DNA of 64,000 nt, taken from Gemmatimonadaceae bacterium (lineage in GTDB: Bacteria > Gemmatimonadota > Gemmatimonadetes > Gemmatimonadales > Gemmatimonadaceae). Both the position numbers and the translations under genes were made by a program. Location: assembly GCA_051859245.1 (NCBI GenBank), contig JBHYGA010000004.1, positions 128,001-192,000 on the forward strand, in the 5' to 3' direction. Numbering within the stretch: the first letter of the stretch is position 1; every line of letters begins with the position of its first letter. The notes beneath the pieces are model-generated. The model searched no databases, was not told where the DNA came from, and was given only the letters and a program-made list of their open reading frames with translations. Shown here one piece after another: positions 46,605-57,128 of the stretch.

Positions 46605-48095
46605 CTACAGCGATTTGACCTCGGACACCAGCTTGGTGAGCGACGTCTTGGCGTCGCCAAAGAGCATGTTCGTTTTTTCGTCGAAGAACAACTCGTTTTC
46701 AATGCCGGCAAATCCGGGATTCATGCCGCGCTTGAGCACGATGATATTGCGCGCCTCATTCACATTCAGAATGGGCATGCCATAAATCGGCGACGTTTTG
46801 TCGGTCTTCGCGGCTGGATTCACCACGTCGTTGGCACCAATGACCACCACCACATCTGTTTCGTGGAAGCTGTCGTTGATTTCATCCATGTCGTACATCT
46901 TGTCATACGGCACGTTTGCTTCGGCGAGCAACACGTTCATGTGGCCCGGCATGCGACCGGCCACCGGATGAATGGCGTACTTCACTTCGCCGCCATTCTT
47001 CTCAATGAGCTCAGCGAGTTCGCGCACCTGATGCTGTGCCTGCGCCACGGCCATACCATACCCAGGCACGAACACCACGCGCCCGGCATACGCGAGCTGC
47101 ACCGCGGCATCTTCCGCGCTGATGCTCTTGGCCACCAGCCCTTCTGACGTTTTTCCGCTCGACGTCACCACGCTGCCGAACGCACCAAACAGCACGTTGC
47201 CAAACGAGCGGTTCATGGCCTTTGACATGATGATCGACAGAATGAATCCGGACGCACCGTCGAGGGCGCCGGCAATGATCAGCACGTCATTGTCGATCGC
47301 AAAACCAGTCGCCGATGCCGCAAGGCCGGCGTACGAGTTGAGCAGCGATACGACCACCGGCATGTCGGCACCACCGATTGGCAGCACCATGAGCACACCG
47401 ATCGCAAATCCGGCCGCGAGCATCACGTAGAACACACGCACGTCGAACGGATTGAAAATCATCCACACAAAACAGCCAATCGCCGCGGCGAAGAGCAGCA
47501 GGTTGAAGAAGTTCTGACCCTTGAACGTGATCGGACGGCCGGTGATGAACTCCTGCAGTTTACCGAACGCCATGAAGCTGCCGGTCACAGTGAGTGAACC
47601 GAACAACACTTCAAATCCAATGGCAGCCATCTTGAAGCGCTCGATACCCTCGGCGCCTTCAATCTGAATGGAGTGGTAGTACTCACCCACACCCACGAGC
47701 GTGGCCGCCAATGCACCAAACATGTGCGAGAAGGCAATACGCTGCGGCATCGCCGTCATTGGCACGAACTTGCCCAGCGGATAGCCCAGTACGGTGCCGA
47801 GGATCAAACCACCAATGATCCACGAATACGTGAGAATGCCGCTGTTCAGCAGCGTACCCACAATCGCGAACACCATGCCGAGCGCGGCGAGCTGCATGCC
47901 GCGTCGCGCCTGATCGGGCTTGGTGAGCGAACGCAGGCCCAGAATGAACAACACCGACGACGCGAGATACGTGAGCTGCACCATCAACTCGCGACCACCG
48001 AGTGCATCCATGGACGCACCGGTGGGACTCGACATCAGCAAATACGCCGCTGCCGCCGCGGTGGGCAGGCCGGCCAGGAACAGAAGCAGACTCAC
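46605..48095 (-). CDS. pntB: NAD(P)+ transhydrogenase subunit beta
   Basis: MTAMPQ, PIGGADMPVVVSLLNSYAG, VPGYGMAVAQAQH, HPVAGRMPGHMNVLLAEA, GANDVVNPAA. Start at GTG 48095 or a downstream ATG. Confidence 0.96.
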   Translation of the reverse strand: MSLLLFLAGLPTAAAAAYLLMSSPTGASMDALGGRELMVQLTYLASSVLFILGLRSLTKPDQARRGMQLAALGMVFAIVGTLLNSGILTYSWIIGGLILGTVLGYPLGKFVPMTAMPQRIAFSHMFGALAATLVGVGEYYHSIQIEGAEGIERFKMAAIGFEVLFGSLTVTGSFMAFGKLQEFITGRPITFKGQNFFNLLLFAAAIGCFVWMIFNPFDVRVFYVMLAAGFAIGVLMVLPIGGADMPVVVSLLNSYAGLAASATGFAIDNDVLIIAGALDGASGFILSIIMSKAMNRSFGNVLFGAFGSVVTSSGKTSEGLVAKSISAEDAAVQLAYAGRVVFVPGYGMAVAQAQHQVRELAELIEKNGGEVKYAIHPVAGRMPGHMNVLLAEANVPYDKMYDMDEINDSFHETDVVVVIGANDVVNPAAKTDKTSPIYGMPILNVNEARNIIVLKRGMNPGFAGIENELFFDEKTNMLFGDAKTSLTKLVSEVKSL

Positions 48096-48418
48096 GCGGC
48101 CCCGCCTGTGGTATCCTGCGGTGCCGTTGGCTTGGAGTCCGCACGCTTGAACATGCTCAGCATGCGGTCCGTAATGATGAATCCGCCCACCACGTTCGTC
48201 ATGGCGCACACCACCGCGATGAAACCAAGAACCGTCGCGACGGTGCCGTACTGTCCGCCCGCAAGCACGATGCTGCCCACGAGTGAAATGCCGCTGATCG
48301 CGTTGGTCGCCGCCATGAGCGGCGTGTGCAACAGCGGGGGCACTTTGGTGATCACCAGAAAGCCGACAAAACCGGCCAGGATGAACACGTAGAGTTGAAT
48401 GATTTGTGTAGCAGTCAT
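48092..48418 (-). CDS. pntAB: NAD(P)+ transhydrogenase subunit alpha part 2
   Basis: VPPLLHTPLMAATNAISG, NVVGGFIITDRMLSMF. Confidence 0.95.
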   Translation of the reverse strand: MTATQIIQLYVFILAGFVGFLVITKVPPLLHTPLMAATNAISGISLVGSIVLAGGQYGTVATVLGFIAVVCAMTNVVGGFIITDRMLSMFKRADSKPTAPQDTTGGAA

Positions 48419-48453
48419 GTATGCAGTCCGGAGAATCGGTCGGGTACCACGTA

Positions 48454-49560
48454 CTAGCGGCGCACTACACCCGCGTGCGCGACAGCCATCGCACCAGTGA
48501 TTTCATCGTCAAGGTCCACGTGCAGTGCACCGTCTTTGTTCAGGTGCTGCAGCAACGTGAGCATGTTGCGGCTGTACATCTGGCTGGCGTGCAGCGGTTG
48601 CGTGGCCGGCAGGTTGCGAGCACCAATGATCGCCACGTCGCCTTCCATGACGGTTTCACCGAGCACAGTGAGTTCACAGTTGCCGCCGGTCTCTGCCGCG
48701 AGATCAACAATCACCGAACCCGGCTTCATGCTGCGCACCATTTCGGCCGTCACCAGTCGCGGTGCAGCACGACCCGGAATCTGCGCCGTGGTGATCACCA
48801 GATCCTGATCGGGAATGTGTCGGGCAATCGCGGCCAGCGTGCGCGCCTGTTCATCATCACTCTGCGCCTTGGCGTATCCACCCTTGTCTTCGGCGCCTGC
48901 GCTCACGAGATCCGTGGCCACGAACTTCGCGCCCAGCGATTGGACTTGCTCACGCGCCGCCGCGCGCACATCAAACGCACTCACCTGCGCACCGAGGCGA
49001 CGCGCCGTGGCAATCGCCTGCAAGCCCGCCACACCAGCACCTATGACAAACGCCTTGGCCGGCTGAATCGAACCGGCGGCGGTTGTGAGCGACGGCAGAA
49101 AACGCGGCAGTGCGGCGGCCGCCATCAAAACGGCCTTGTAGCCGGCCACGGTCGCCTGCGAGGAGAGCACGTCCATGCTCTGCGCCCGCGTAATGCGGGG
49201 GACGAGCTCCATGGCCAGCACCGTGATGCGACGCGTGTTCAGCGCGCCAACCAACGCCTGTGCACTGGCGGGCTGGAGCAGGCACGCCACCGCCGTGCCC
49301 TCCGGAAGCGCCGCCACTTCCGCGTCGGACGGTCGCTGCACCTTGGCCACCAACGCCGCGCCATTGACCGTCGCAGCAAAACCGCTGGCCAGCTGAGCCC
49401 CCGCCTGTTCGTACTGCTCGTCCGGGAAGTACGCCATCGCGCCGGCGCCGCGCTCCACGACCACCTCGTGCCCAGCCTTGACCAGCTTGGCCACGCTGTC
49501 CGGGACCAGGGCTACACGGCGCTCAAACTCTTCTGTCTCCCGAGGAACACCAATGCGCAT
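48454..49560 (-). CDS. pntAA: NAD(P)+ transhydrogenase subunit alpha part 1
   Basis: MRIGVPRE..ERRVALVP, PRITRAQSMDVLSSQ, GAGVAGLQAIATARRLGA, DLAAETGGNCE. Confidence 0.96.
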   Translation of the reverse strand: MRIGVPRETEEFERRVALVPDSVAKLVKAGHEVVVERGAGAMAYFPDEQYEQAGAQLASGFAATVNGAALVAKVQRPSDAEVAALPEGTAVACLLQPASAQALVGALNTRRITVLAMELVPRITRAQSMDVLSSQATVAGYKAVLMAAAALPRFLPSLTTAAGSIQPAKAFVIGAGVAGLQAIATARRLGAQVSAFDVRAAAREQVQSLGAKFVATDLVSAGAEDKGGYAKAQSDDEQARTLAAIARHIPDQDLVITTAQIPGRAAPRLVTAEMVRSMKPGSVIVDLAAETGGNCELTVLGETVMEGDVAIIGARNLPATQPLHASQMYSRNMLTLLQHLNKDGALHVDLDDEITGAMAVAHAGVVRR

Positions 49561-49755
49561 AACAGCAAGTGCAATGAGGAAGCGCCTGCGACCACGGCAG
49601 CGAGGCGCAACGATTGTTCAGGAATTTGATCTGATCCAACTGATCCAGGCCGCTCACCGTCAAGCGTACCAATGCCGAGCGAAGCTACGCGCTGCCGACC
49701 GGAGCGCAAACCCGTCCCAGCCCAACTCCGAGGCAGGGAACCGGGTTCCGAGCGC

Positions 49756-50676
49756 CTAGGCCGGCGACTTGAACCGATTCAGCCAGGTCACGACTTCGTG
49801 AAAGACGGTCTGTTTTTCGTAGTCAACGGTAATCACGTGTCCCGACTCGTCCAGCCAGACAAAGCGGCGAACCGGGGCGTTGACGCGCGTCCAGTTCCGG
49901 AGTGCGTCCAGTGCCGGCACACGATTGTCCTGTCGCGAAGCAATGTAGAGCAGCGGCGTGTCGATTTCCGGCAACGCCTCCTGGGCGATCTGAGTGACCT
50001 CGTGAAGCTCGCCGATGAGACGCCCTGAAACCACGCCCATGCCGCGGCTGGCCGGCCAGGCCTCGGGATTATGAATGGAGTTTCGCTTGCCGGTGCTCCG
50101 TCTGAATGGCGCCAGCGGACCGGCAATGCGCAGCAACGGGGCGAGGCGACGCACCTGCGGTGGCATGCTTAGATACGGAGAAAGCAGCACCACCGCATCG
50201 AGATCGCTGTGCTCGGCGGCCACAATCGCGCACAGCGCCGCGCCCATTGAAAGTCCCACCAGAGACACGTGCGGATAGATGCGGTGCAGTCGTGCCACCT
50301 GATCGCGAATATACCCCACCCAATCGTGCACGCGCGCGTTGCCAAACTCCGTAAGCGTACGCCCGTGCCCGGGAAGCAGGGGCACTTCAACCGTGTAGCC
50401 CTCGCGGTGCAAGACATGCGCCAGTTCACGCACCGATTGCGGTGTGTCGCCAAAGCCATGCACCACAAGCACCGCGTGTGTGGCGCTGCCGATCAACGAT
50501 TCGGGTTCCGCACCGTCCACAATTCCGTTGGCGCCCAGACGCAGTCGGTTGGCGACTTCCGCTTCCAGACGGCGTGCACGCACGCGATCGCGAACTAACA
50601 GTGCGGCAATACCTACCGCGGTCACGCCCGCGATCAGCGGGACGAGCGATTTTTTAGTAGCGCGGTAACGACGCAT
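49756..50676 (-). CDS. Alpha/beta-fold carboxylesterase with N-terminal anchor
   Basis: VHGFGDTP, LLPGHG, GLSMGA, DNRV, SGHVI. Confidence 0.88.
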   Translation of the reverse strand: MRRYRATKKSLVPLIAGVTAVGIAALLVRDRVRARRLEAEVANRLRLGANGIVDGAEPESLIGSATHAVLVVHGFGDTPQSVRELAHVLHREGYTVEVPLLPGHGRTLTEFGNARVHDWVGYIRDQVARLHRIYPHVSLVGLSMGAALCAIVAAEHSDLDAVVLLSPYLSMPPQVRRLAPLLRIAGPLAPFRRSTGKRNSIHNPEAWPASRGMGVVSGRLIGELHEVTQIAQEALPEIDTPLLYIASRQDNRVPALDALRNWTRVNAPVRRFVWLDESGHVITVDYEKQTVFHEVVTWLNRFKSPA

Positions 50677-50974
50677 CGACCTCAAGACTCCAGGCATCGA
50701 TGCCGCCTTCAAGGTTGGCCACGTTGGCAAAGCCCTGACTGCGCAACCATTGCACCGCCCGCGCACTGCGACCTCCGTGATGACAGTACACCACGTACTC
50801 GGCGTTACGATCCAGCGTGGGTGACACGGCCTGCAGTGTGCCCAGTGGAATCAGCTTCGCATTGGGCAACGCGGCGATCGCGTGCTCCCAGGCTTCCCGC
50901 ACATCGATCAGTACAGGTTGATCTCCCGCAGCCAGGCGCGCGGACAGTTTGGTGACTTCAAGGTCCTGTGACAT
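50654..50974 (-). CDS. Rhodanese-like sulfurtransferase
   Basis: LIDVREAWE, YCHHGGRS, NLEGGIDAW. Confidence 0.92.
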   Translation of the reverse strand: MSQDLEVTKLSARLAAGDQPVLIDVREAWEHAIAALPNAKLIPLGTLQAVSPTLDRNAEYVVYCHHGGRSARAVQWLRSQGFANVANLEGGIDAWSLEVDASLPRY

Positions 50975-50997
50975 GTGTCGGCTTTTGGGTCGGCTTG

Positions 50998-53139
50998 TTA
51001 GTTGGCTCGCATGATGGCCGCTCGTGCGTCAACGAGCGCCTTGGTGGCGGCTTCAAACGCTTTGGTGAGATCGGCGATTTCTGTTGTTGCACGCGCATCA
51101 TCGCGCGCGCGCACGGCTTCGTTCACGCCGGGAAAACTCATGGTGGCGTACCCATTGTCCACATCAGCCGCGTAGATCAGCGAGCGCCACCAGGGACGCC
51201 CCAACAAACCTTGCGGACGCGTAAGGGAACGTTCAACACTGCGCAGCGCGCTATTGGTTTGTTCACGCACTGTTTTGGGTAGCAGGACAGCGAGTCGTGC
51301 GTCGCGACTCGCGGAGAATCGCTCCGCCGCTGCCTGCATACTGTCGATCGCCACGGCCAGTGGTTGCACCATGGCACTGTCCCAGCCGTTTCGGGCGAGC
51401 CCTCGTGACACGAGCGGCACGTAGCCTTTCATGGTGCGCGCAAACTCCACATAGTCGTACGGGTGCACATCGGCGTTGGCCAATCGCAAAGCCATCGCCG
51501 CACCAATACGTGCCGCGGTCGCATGAAAGAGAAATCCGGGATCGCCCCACGTGCGCATCCATTCATACGTGTCATACGCCGAGTGGTACACACCCGCCGG
51601 TCCGGAAAAACCCCAGTCTGCGTGCGGAATACCAAGGTGATTGTAGAAGCCGGCAAAATCAGAACCGCCGCCGGGATCACCCATGGCGGGCTCCGCTTCG
51701 GCGCGTGTGGTGCCGGTGGTCAAGCGCCACACATCGTACACCATGCCTCGACCACGAGGGTCTGGCACCTGGCTCACCACAGAGCGCAGTGTGGAACGGA
51801 GTGACGGACTACCGCCCGCACCAAACGATGGGCCCTGCGCCGCCACGTCCTGATTCAAATACGCGACGCCGCCGCGAAGCAGTTTGAGTGAATCGTCTTC
51901 GACGTATTCCGTCGACCCGATCAGACCCCACTCCTCGGCATCCCACGTGGCGAACACTATGCTGCGACGTGGACGCTCGCCGCGCTTGGCGAGTTCGCTG
52001 AGCGCCTGCGCCGCCTCGAGCACACTCACCGTGCCACTCACATTATCCGCCGCCCCTGCACCCCACCCATCCCGATGTGAACCGATGTAGATGTACTCGT
52101 CGGGAAACTCGCTGCCCGGCAAGATGCCAAGCGTATTCCAGATCGTCTTGACACCCTTCGTATCGGCGTCTGTTTCTACCGTCATCTTTACGCGCACGGG
52201 TCCGGCGCCAATGTGATAGCGCAGCGGCAACCCGCCCTGCCAGCCCGCAGGAATGTCGGTGCCGCGCAAATCGCGCATCAACAGTTCGGCATTCTGGGCG
52301 CTGAGTGGCACCACCGGAATGCGCGGCACCGCGGTTTGTTCAAGCGGCACGCGCACGGCGGTTTTTGTGCTTGCATACCCGGGCGTGGTGGGATCACCCT
52401 GGCCGTTGAATACGCTGCCACGCTGCACGCCCGTGGTGGGACGCATCGGGCCCTGCGGATACACATCACCGCGAGCAAAACCGTCGTCGAGCGGATCGGT
52501 GTAAATGAACAATCCAACGGCGCCACGCTTCTCCGCCTCACGCGCTTTGATGCCGCGGAAGCTGCGACCGTAGCGCGCCAGGACGACTTTTCCTTTAACG
52601 GACACACCGAGTGAATCGAGCACGGCGTAGTCTTCGATCAACCCGAAGTTCACAAACACAAGTTCACCTTCGGCCGTACCCGCCGCGCTGTACCCGTTGA
52701 CCGTGGGATACTGCGGCATCGCGGTGGTTTCGTCGCCGGGAATCGGCGGCTCCTGCAGCGCGAGCTCAAGCGTGTCGCGCCCCAATCGCCACGCACGAAC
52801 CGACGTGGCATGCGGCAACCACACGTCATACGCCCGCACTTCGGTGCGCAGCCCCATGCGCTTCATCTCGTTGATCACATAGTCGCGTGTTCTCGCCTGC
52901 GCGTCGGTACCGGCCACGTGCGGCTCGGCAGACAGCGCTTTGGCGTGCGCCTGCGCGCGGACCGAGTTGGGCGTGCCAATCGCTTCGCGTTCCAACTGCT
53001 GCTGCTGCGTGCTGTTCGCGGGTGAGAAACCCGGCAATCGATCGAGCGGTCGCGGCGCGGATTGTGCGCACAGGACGGAAGCGGCTGTGAGCAGCAGCAC
53101 GCCCGCAAGCGGCAGGGAGAATTTGGGCAGAAGTGTCAT
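50998..53139 (-). CDS. M28 peptidase (glutamate carboxypeptidase II / transferrin-receptor-like)
   Basis: PHVAGT, PA domain, GSHRDGW..GAADNVSG, WDAEEWGLIGSTE, GSDF, YHSAYD. Start at the ATG at 53139. Confidence 0.92.
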   Translation of the reverse strand: MTLLPKFSLPLAGVLLLTAASVLCAQSAPRPLDRLPGFSPANSTQQQQLEREAIGTPNSVRAQAHAKALSAEPHVAGTDAQARTRDYVINEMKRMGLRTEVRAYDVWLPHATSVRAWRLGRDTLELALQEPPIPGDETTAMPQYPTVNGYSAAGTAEGELVFVNFGLIEDYAVLDSLGVSVKGKVVLARYGRSFRGIKAREAEKRGAVGLFIYTDPLDDGFARGDVYPQGPMRPTTGVQRGSVFNGQGDPTTPGYASTKTAVRVPLEQTAVPRIPVVPLSAQNAELLMRDLRGTDIPAGWQGGLPLRYHIGAGPVRVKMTVETDADTKGVKTIWNTLGILPGSEFPDEYIYIGSHRDGWGAGAADNVSGTVSVLEAAQALSELAKRGERPRRSIVFATWDAEEWGLIGSTEYVEDDSLKLLRGGVAYLNQDVAAQGPSFGAGGSPSLRSTLRSVVSQVPDPRGRGMVYDVWRLTTGTTRAEAEPAMGDPGGGSDFAGFYNHLGIPHADWGFSGPAGVYHSAYDTYEWMRTWGDPGFLFHATAARIGAAMALRLANADVHPYDYVEFARTMKGYVPLVSRGLARNGWDSAMVQPLAVAIDSMQAAAERFSASRDARLAVLLPKTVREQTNSALRSVERSLTRPQGLLGRPWWRSLIYAADVDNGYATMSFPGVNEAVRARDDARATTEIADLTKAFEAATKALVDARAAIMRAN

Positions 53140-53191
53140 ACCGCAGCTTCGCGCTCCCCCCGCGCTTGAGCAAGAGGGTGAAACCCCACGT

Positions 53192-53806
53192 TTAGTCGGC
53201 GTCGTGATCCTCGAGCGCCCGCACGAGCGCCTGCTGCAAGCGCGCTTCGGCATCGTCTGATTGACCAATCGCTGGTGACAACGCGGCGTACTGGCGCAGC
53301 ATCTCGTCTCCCACCACCGCGTCGCTGGGGGTGCGCACACCGAGCGCTTGCAGCTGCTGCAACGCCAGTTCGTGGAGCAGCGCGATGCTATCGGCTTCGA
53401 GCGCGGCCAGCTGCGGTACGACGGGTCTCGAGGTGGGCTCGATATTGCGTCGGCGCTTGGGCGCTTCGAACAACGCGCGCACAGGCGCTGGCACAATCAC
53501 AAACGAGCCCGCCGTGTGCTCCTGCCATTCCTTCACCACATTGCGTCGCCGGAGCACGGGCATCAGCGCGAGCACCGCTTCTCGCACCGGACTCACTCCA
53601 CCAATGCTCCGCATGCCTCGCCCGGTGATCACCAGCACCTCGGGTGCGCCCTCCACCTGCTGCTGCCGCAGCCAGCGCTCGCAACGCGCCACCGCGTCGG
53701 CCACGGTCGGTTGCTGCGCACGCAGGTTCAATGTGCGCCGCGGTCCAAAGCGCACCTCGTCGAAGGCCTGCTGTAGCGGGACCGAGGAGCGCGGCGTGTG
53801 AGCCAT
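53192..53806 (-). CDS. Smr (MutS2 C-terminal-like) domain protein
   Basis: TLNLR..TVADA, VLVITGRG..S. Start at the ATG at 53806. Confidence 0.75.
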   Translation of the reverse strand: MAHTPRSSVPLQQAFDEVRFGPRRTLNLRAQQPTVADAVARCERWLRQQQVEGAPEVLVITGRGMRSIGGVSPVREAVLALMPVLRRRNVVKEWQEHTAGSFVIVPAPVRALFEAPKRRRNIEPTSRPVVPQLAALEADSIALLHELALQQLQALGVRTPSDAVVGDEMLRQYAALSPAIGQSDDAEARLQQALVRALEDHDAD

Positions 53807-53876
53807 GGCGTGTGCAGAGGGTGACGCCGCGCGAGCTGGACGAGAACCTGGTCCAGCTCGGCGGTTTCGCAAATCG

Positions 53877-55571
53877 CTATCGACGAACCGGAGGCAATGT
53901 ACCTCCGCGCGGGTCGCCGCCCAACGCTTCCTCCAGCACGCGTCCGTCGATGGTCTCGATCGGGACAATGCCGAGCGCCTTCGCGAGCGTTGCCGCAACG
54001 TCGACGGTGCGCGCGGGCGCATCGTAGTGACCCGTACGAAAACGCGGCCCAAGAAACACGATCGGCACGCGCGCGTCACTGTCGTGCGGCATGCCATGCG
54101 ACGCGTTGGTCTGCGCGAACCAGTAGTAGTTGGGCTCGAGCGTGATGGTCAGCACCGCGTCAAAATCCGCCGGAATCGCGTTGTACCACCGGCGGGCATA
54201 CGTGTCATTCCGCGCCATCAGCGCTGGAAGCTCTGACACCGCGTCCACTCGCATCACACCGGGGAGTGCGCGGAACTCGGCGCGCAACGCGGCAACGACA
54301 GAATCCACCGGTACGCGCTTCGCACGCAATCGCGCCGTATCAAGCACCACCAGACCAGATTCGAACTGCAGCGCGTCGCCTTCCACACCAAAGGCGGCCA
54401 GGGCACTGCGTCCGCGTGCAAACGTGGGCCGCACGTCCACGCGCCCACGTGCGGAGTCCGTGCCCGGAAACGTGAGCTCGGGATACGGCGTCACGCCGTG
54501 GTCGGCGCTCAACGCAAACAGAATGCGCGAGGAATCGCGCATGCGGTACAGCGAGTCAATGAACTGGCCAAGATACTGATCAACACGCAGCACCTGATCA
54601 TGGACTTCGCGTGAATCCGGACCATATCGATGGCCCACCGCGTCCGTGGTAGACAACGAGAGACCCAGGAAATCAGTGCTGGTGCCATCGCCGAGCTGCA
54701 TGGCATCGATGCCAGCGAGCGCGAGTTGCACGGTGAGTGAATCCATCACCGGGTACTCCGTAAGCGATGACGCGCGGCGCGGCGCCGAGTCGGGAAGCAG
54801 GTGCGGGAACACAAAATCCCGTCCACTGTTTTCGCGACGCACCGCATCCGGCTCAGGGTACGCGCTCTCGGGCTTGAGCGTGGTCCACCGTGCGCCCTGC
54901 AATGCGCCAACAAAGTCGCGCTGATTGAACGCTTTCACCCAGCTCGGCAACGTGTCGGCGTAGTAGCGGCTGGTGACAAAACGACCATCCGTAGAATACC
55001 AGAAGGCCGATTGCTTGGCGCGGCCAATCGGAAGAATCGCGCCGCGATCTTTGCGTGCGACCGAGAGTGCGCGGGACCACTGATTATTGGAGCGCATCCA
55101 GTCGAACAATGACGAGCCACGAAAGCGATCCGGCGACGCACCGCCGCCTCGCCCGCCTTCAATCAGTGGTGACTGCGGATCGCTGACACCGGCGTCATTG
55201 CGAACGATTCCGGTACTGCGCGGATGCCGACCGCTGCCGAGCGCGGCATGACCCGGGGCTGTTTCGGTGACCGCGTGATCGTGCAACGCGTTCGTAAACA
55301 ACGCGCCCTGATTCACAAAACGAGCCAAACCACCGGTAAACTCGCCGCGCCACTTCATGAGGTAGTCAGGGCGCAACTGATCCACGGTGATCAGCACCAC
55401 CAGCTGCGGACGACTGGCGTCTGCCGCCGGCTGCGCAAAGGCAGGCGACACGGTGAGGACGGCAGCGCATGCCAGCGTCAGCGCGGCGGCGAGCACCGCG
55501 CGAGCTGACGTGAACACGGCGCACGAGCGCGCAACGTCGCGCGCCGATTCAGAGTGTAGAGAAAGTCGCAT
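53877..55571 (-). CDS. Alkaline phosphatase family protein (PafA-like)
   Basis: ITVDQLRPDYL, TETAPGHA, KDRGAIL, TDAVGHRYGP, LSADHG, SHG. Confidence 0.9.
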   Translation of the reverse strand: MRLSLHSESARDVARSCAVFTSARAVLAAALTLACAAVLTVSPAFAQPAADASRPQLVVLITVDQLRPDYLMKWRGEFTGGLARFVNQGALFTNALHDHAVTETAPGHAALGSGRHPRSTGIVRNDAGVSDPQSPLIEGGRGGGASPDRFRGSSLFDWMRSNNQWSRALSVARKDRGAILPIGRAKQSAFWYSTDGRFVTSRYYADTLPSWVKAFNQRDFVGALQGARWTTLKPESAYPEPDAVRRENSGRDFVFPHLLPDSAPRRASSLTEYPVMDSLTVQLALAGIDAMQLGDGTSTDFLGLSLSTTDAVGHRYGPDSREVHDQVLRVDQYLGQFIDSLYRMRDSSRILFALSADHGVTPYPELTFPGTDSARGRVDVRPTFARGRSALAAFGVEGDALQFESGLVVLDTARLRAKRVPVDSVVAALRAEFRALPGVMRVDAVSELPALMARNDTYARRWYNAIPADFDAVLTITLEPNYYWFAQTNASHGMPHDSDARVPIVFLGPRFRTGHYDAPARTVDVAATLAKALGIVPIETIDGRVLEEALGGDPRGGTLPPVRR

Positions 55572-55613
55572 GGGGAGAATTTACCCCGCGCACTCAAATG
55601 CGGTGCGATTGTT

Positions 55614-55798
55614 GTGCGACTGTGACGCGGCGCGCACCGCGCACATGACAAGGGTTCGGCCGGCGGTTCCCGCTCGAGCCTCGGACGCGCCGCCGGATCG
55701 GCGCATTCGAACGGGAACCACCCCGCCGGCGAACACTCAGGTCATCTGATGCGCGCACCGTCGGTGCATCGCACGCACTTCCGCGAGGCGCAGGAAGC
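55614..55798 (-). ncRNA. Candidate structured non-coding RNA (long irregular rod)
   Basis: Nested stems spanning ~160 nt in a 275-nt intergenic gap. G-U pairs favour the minus strand. CATATT -10-like element at 55805-10. Confidence 0.5.
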
Positions 55799-55846
55799 TG
55801 CGTCAATATGTGACACCACGGCGCAATGCGCCAGCGTGCGCGCCAA

Positions 55847-57061
55847 CTAGTTGTCGAGCAACGCGGATTCGAGCAGTGCGATCGCTTCGCTCAACTCATC
55901 GCGCGTCATGATCAGTGGAGGCAACAGACGGAGCGTGTGTTCACCCGCGCCAACGAGCAACAGTCCGCGCTCGTACGCACGCGCTACAATCGCGGCGGCT
56001 GGTTCGTGCGTGTCGAGACCCCACATGAAACCCATGCCGCGAATGGCGCGAATTTTTCCGGTACGCTTCATCAGCGCGTTCAACTCCGCGCTCAGCCAGC
56101 AACCCGTTTCGAGTACGTGCTCGAGCAACACCGGATCCGCGAGACGCTGAACCACGTGCTCCGCCACCGCCGCAACGAGCGGTCCACCACCAAACGTGGT
56201 GCCGTGATCACCAGGCTGCATCGCACCGGCAACGGGTTCATTCACGAGCACCGCACCAATCGGCAGACCATTCGCCATGGGCTTCGCGAGTGTGACCATA
56301 TCGGGCACGACGCCAAGCCCCTCGTACGCGAACAGATGTCCCGTGCGACCGAGTCCGCACTGAATCTCGTCGAGAATCAGCAGCACATTGCGCTCCCGTG
56401 TGAGTGCCCGCACCTCGCGCACAAAATCGGGATCAAGCACCCGCACGCCACCTTCACCCTGGATCGGCTCGAGAATCAGCGCGGCCGTTGTGTCAGGATC
56501 AAGCACGGCGCGCAACTCTTCGATATCCCGTTCCACGATCTGCACGCCGCCCATGAGCGGAAGAAACGGCTGCCGGTAACTCGCACGATCGGTCGCGGCG
56601 AGTGTTCCGGGCAAACGGCCATGAAACGCACCACGCAGGCTCACGATGCCAAACTTGTTGTCGTTGCCCTGCGCGCGCCCCCAGCGCCGCGCAAACTTGA
56701 ACGCCGCTTCGTTGGCTTCAGCGCCCGAGTTACAAAAGAACACCTGACTCGCAAACGAGTGCTGGACAAACCACGCCGCCAGTCGTTCGCCAGCGGCGGT
56801 GCGGTACAGGTTCGACGTATGAATCAATCCGGTGGCCAGCGCCTCCTGCATCACGCGCGCCACACCAGGATCGCCATGGCCGAGCGACACCACCGCAATA
56901 CCAGCCACCATATCGAGGTACGACTTGCCCGTCTCGTCGAACAGTCGCACGCCCTCACCGCGCACAAACAGTGCAGGCTGGCGCTTGTAGGTGCCGAGAA
57001 TGGCGTTGGCGGAGCTGGCCGGCGCGGTGGCGGCGTCAGGAATTGCGGTTGCGGTAGACAT
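55847..57061 (-). CDS. argD: Acetylornithine aminotransferase
   Basis: YLDMVAGIAVVSLGH, NSGAEANEAAFK, FHGR, EPIQGEGG, DEIQCGLGRTG, TLAK, HGTTFGG. In the arg cluster. Confidence 0.93.
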   Translation of the reverse strand: MSTATAIPDAATAPASSANAILGTYKRQPALFVRGEGVRLFDETGKSYLDMVAGIAVVSLGHGDPGVARVMQEALATGLIHTSNLYRTAAGERLAAWFVQHSFASQVFFCNSGAEANEAAFKFARRWGRAQGNDNKFGIVSLRGAFHGRLPGTLAATDRASYRQPFLPLMGGVQIVERDIEELRAVLDPDTTAALILEPIQGEGGVRVLDPDFVREVRALTRERNVLLILDEIQCGLGRTGHLFAYEGLGVVPDMVTLAKPMANGLPIGAVLVNEPVAGAMQPGDHGTTFGGGPLVAAVAEHVVQRLADPVLLEHVLETGCWLSAELNALMKRTGKIRAIRGMGFMWGLDTHEPAAAIVARAYERGLLLVGAGEHTLRLLPPLIMTRDELSEAIALLESALLDN

Positions 57062-57128
57062 GGCAGTCGGAGTCGATGGTCAGACAACACACAGCGTGAG
57101 AGACGAACACTTCAGCGGGAGCCGCAGC

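Noticed and set aside
49614..49639. Rex- or FNR-like box upstream of pntAA
   Set aside because: Multiple mismatches to both consensus sequences, too weak to call.
55640..55745. Cobalamin, FMN, glycine or SRP identity for the long hairpin
   Set aside because: Only short fragments match (GGGAA, GGCGGGGTG, CTCAGG). The required neighbouring motifs are absent, so it is left as an unassigned RNA.
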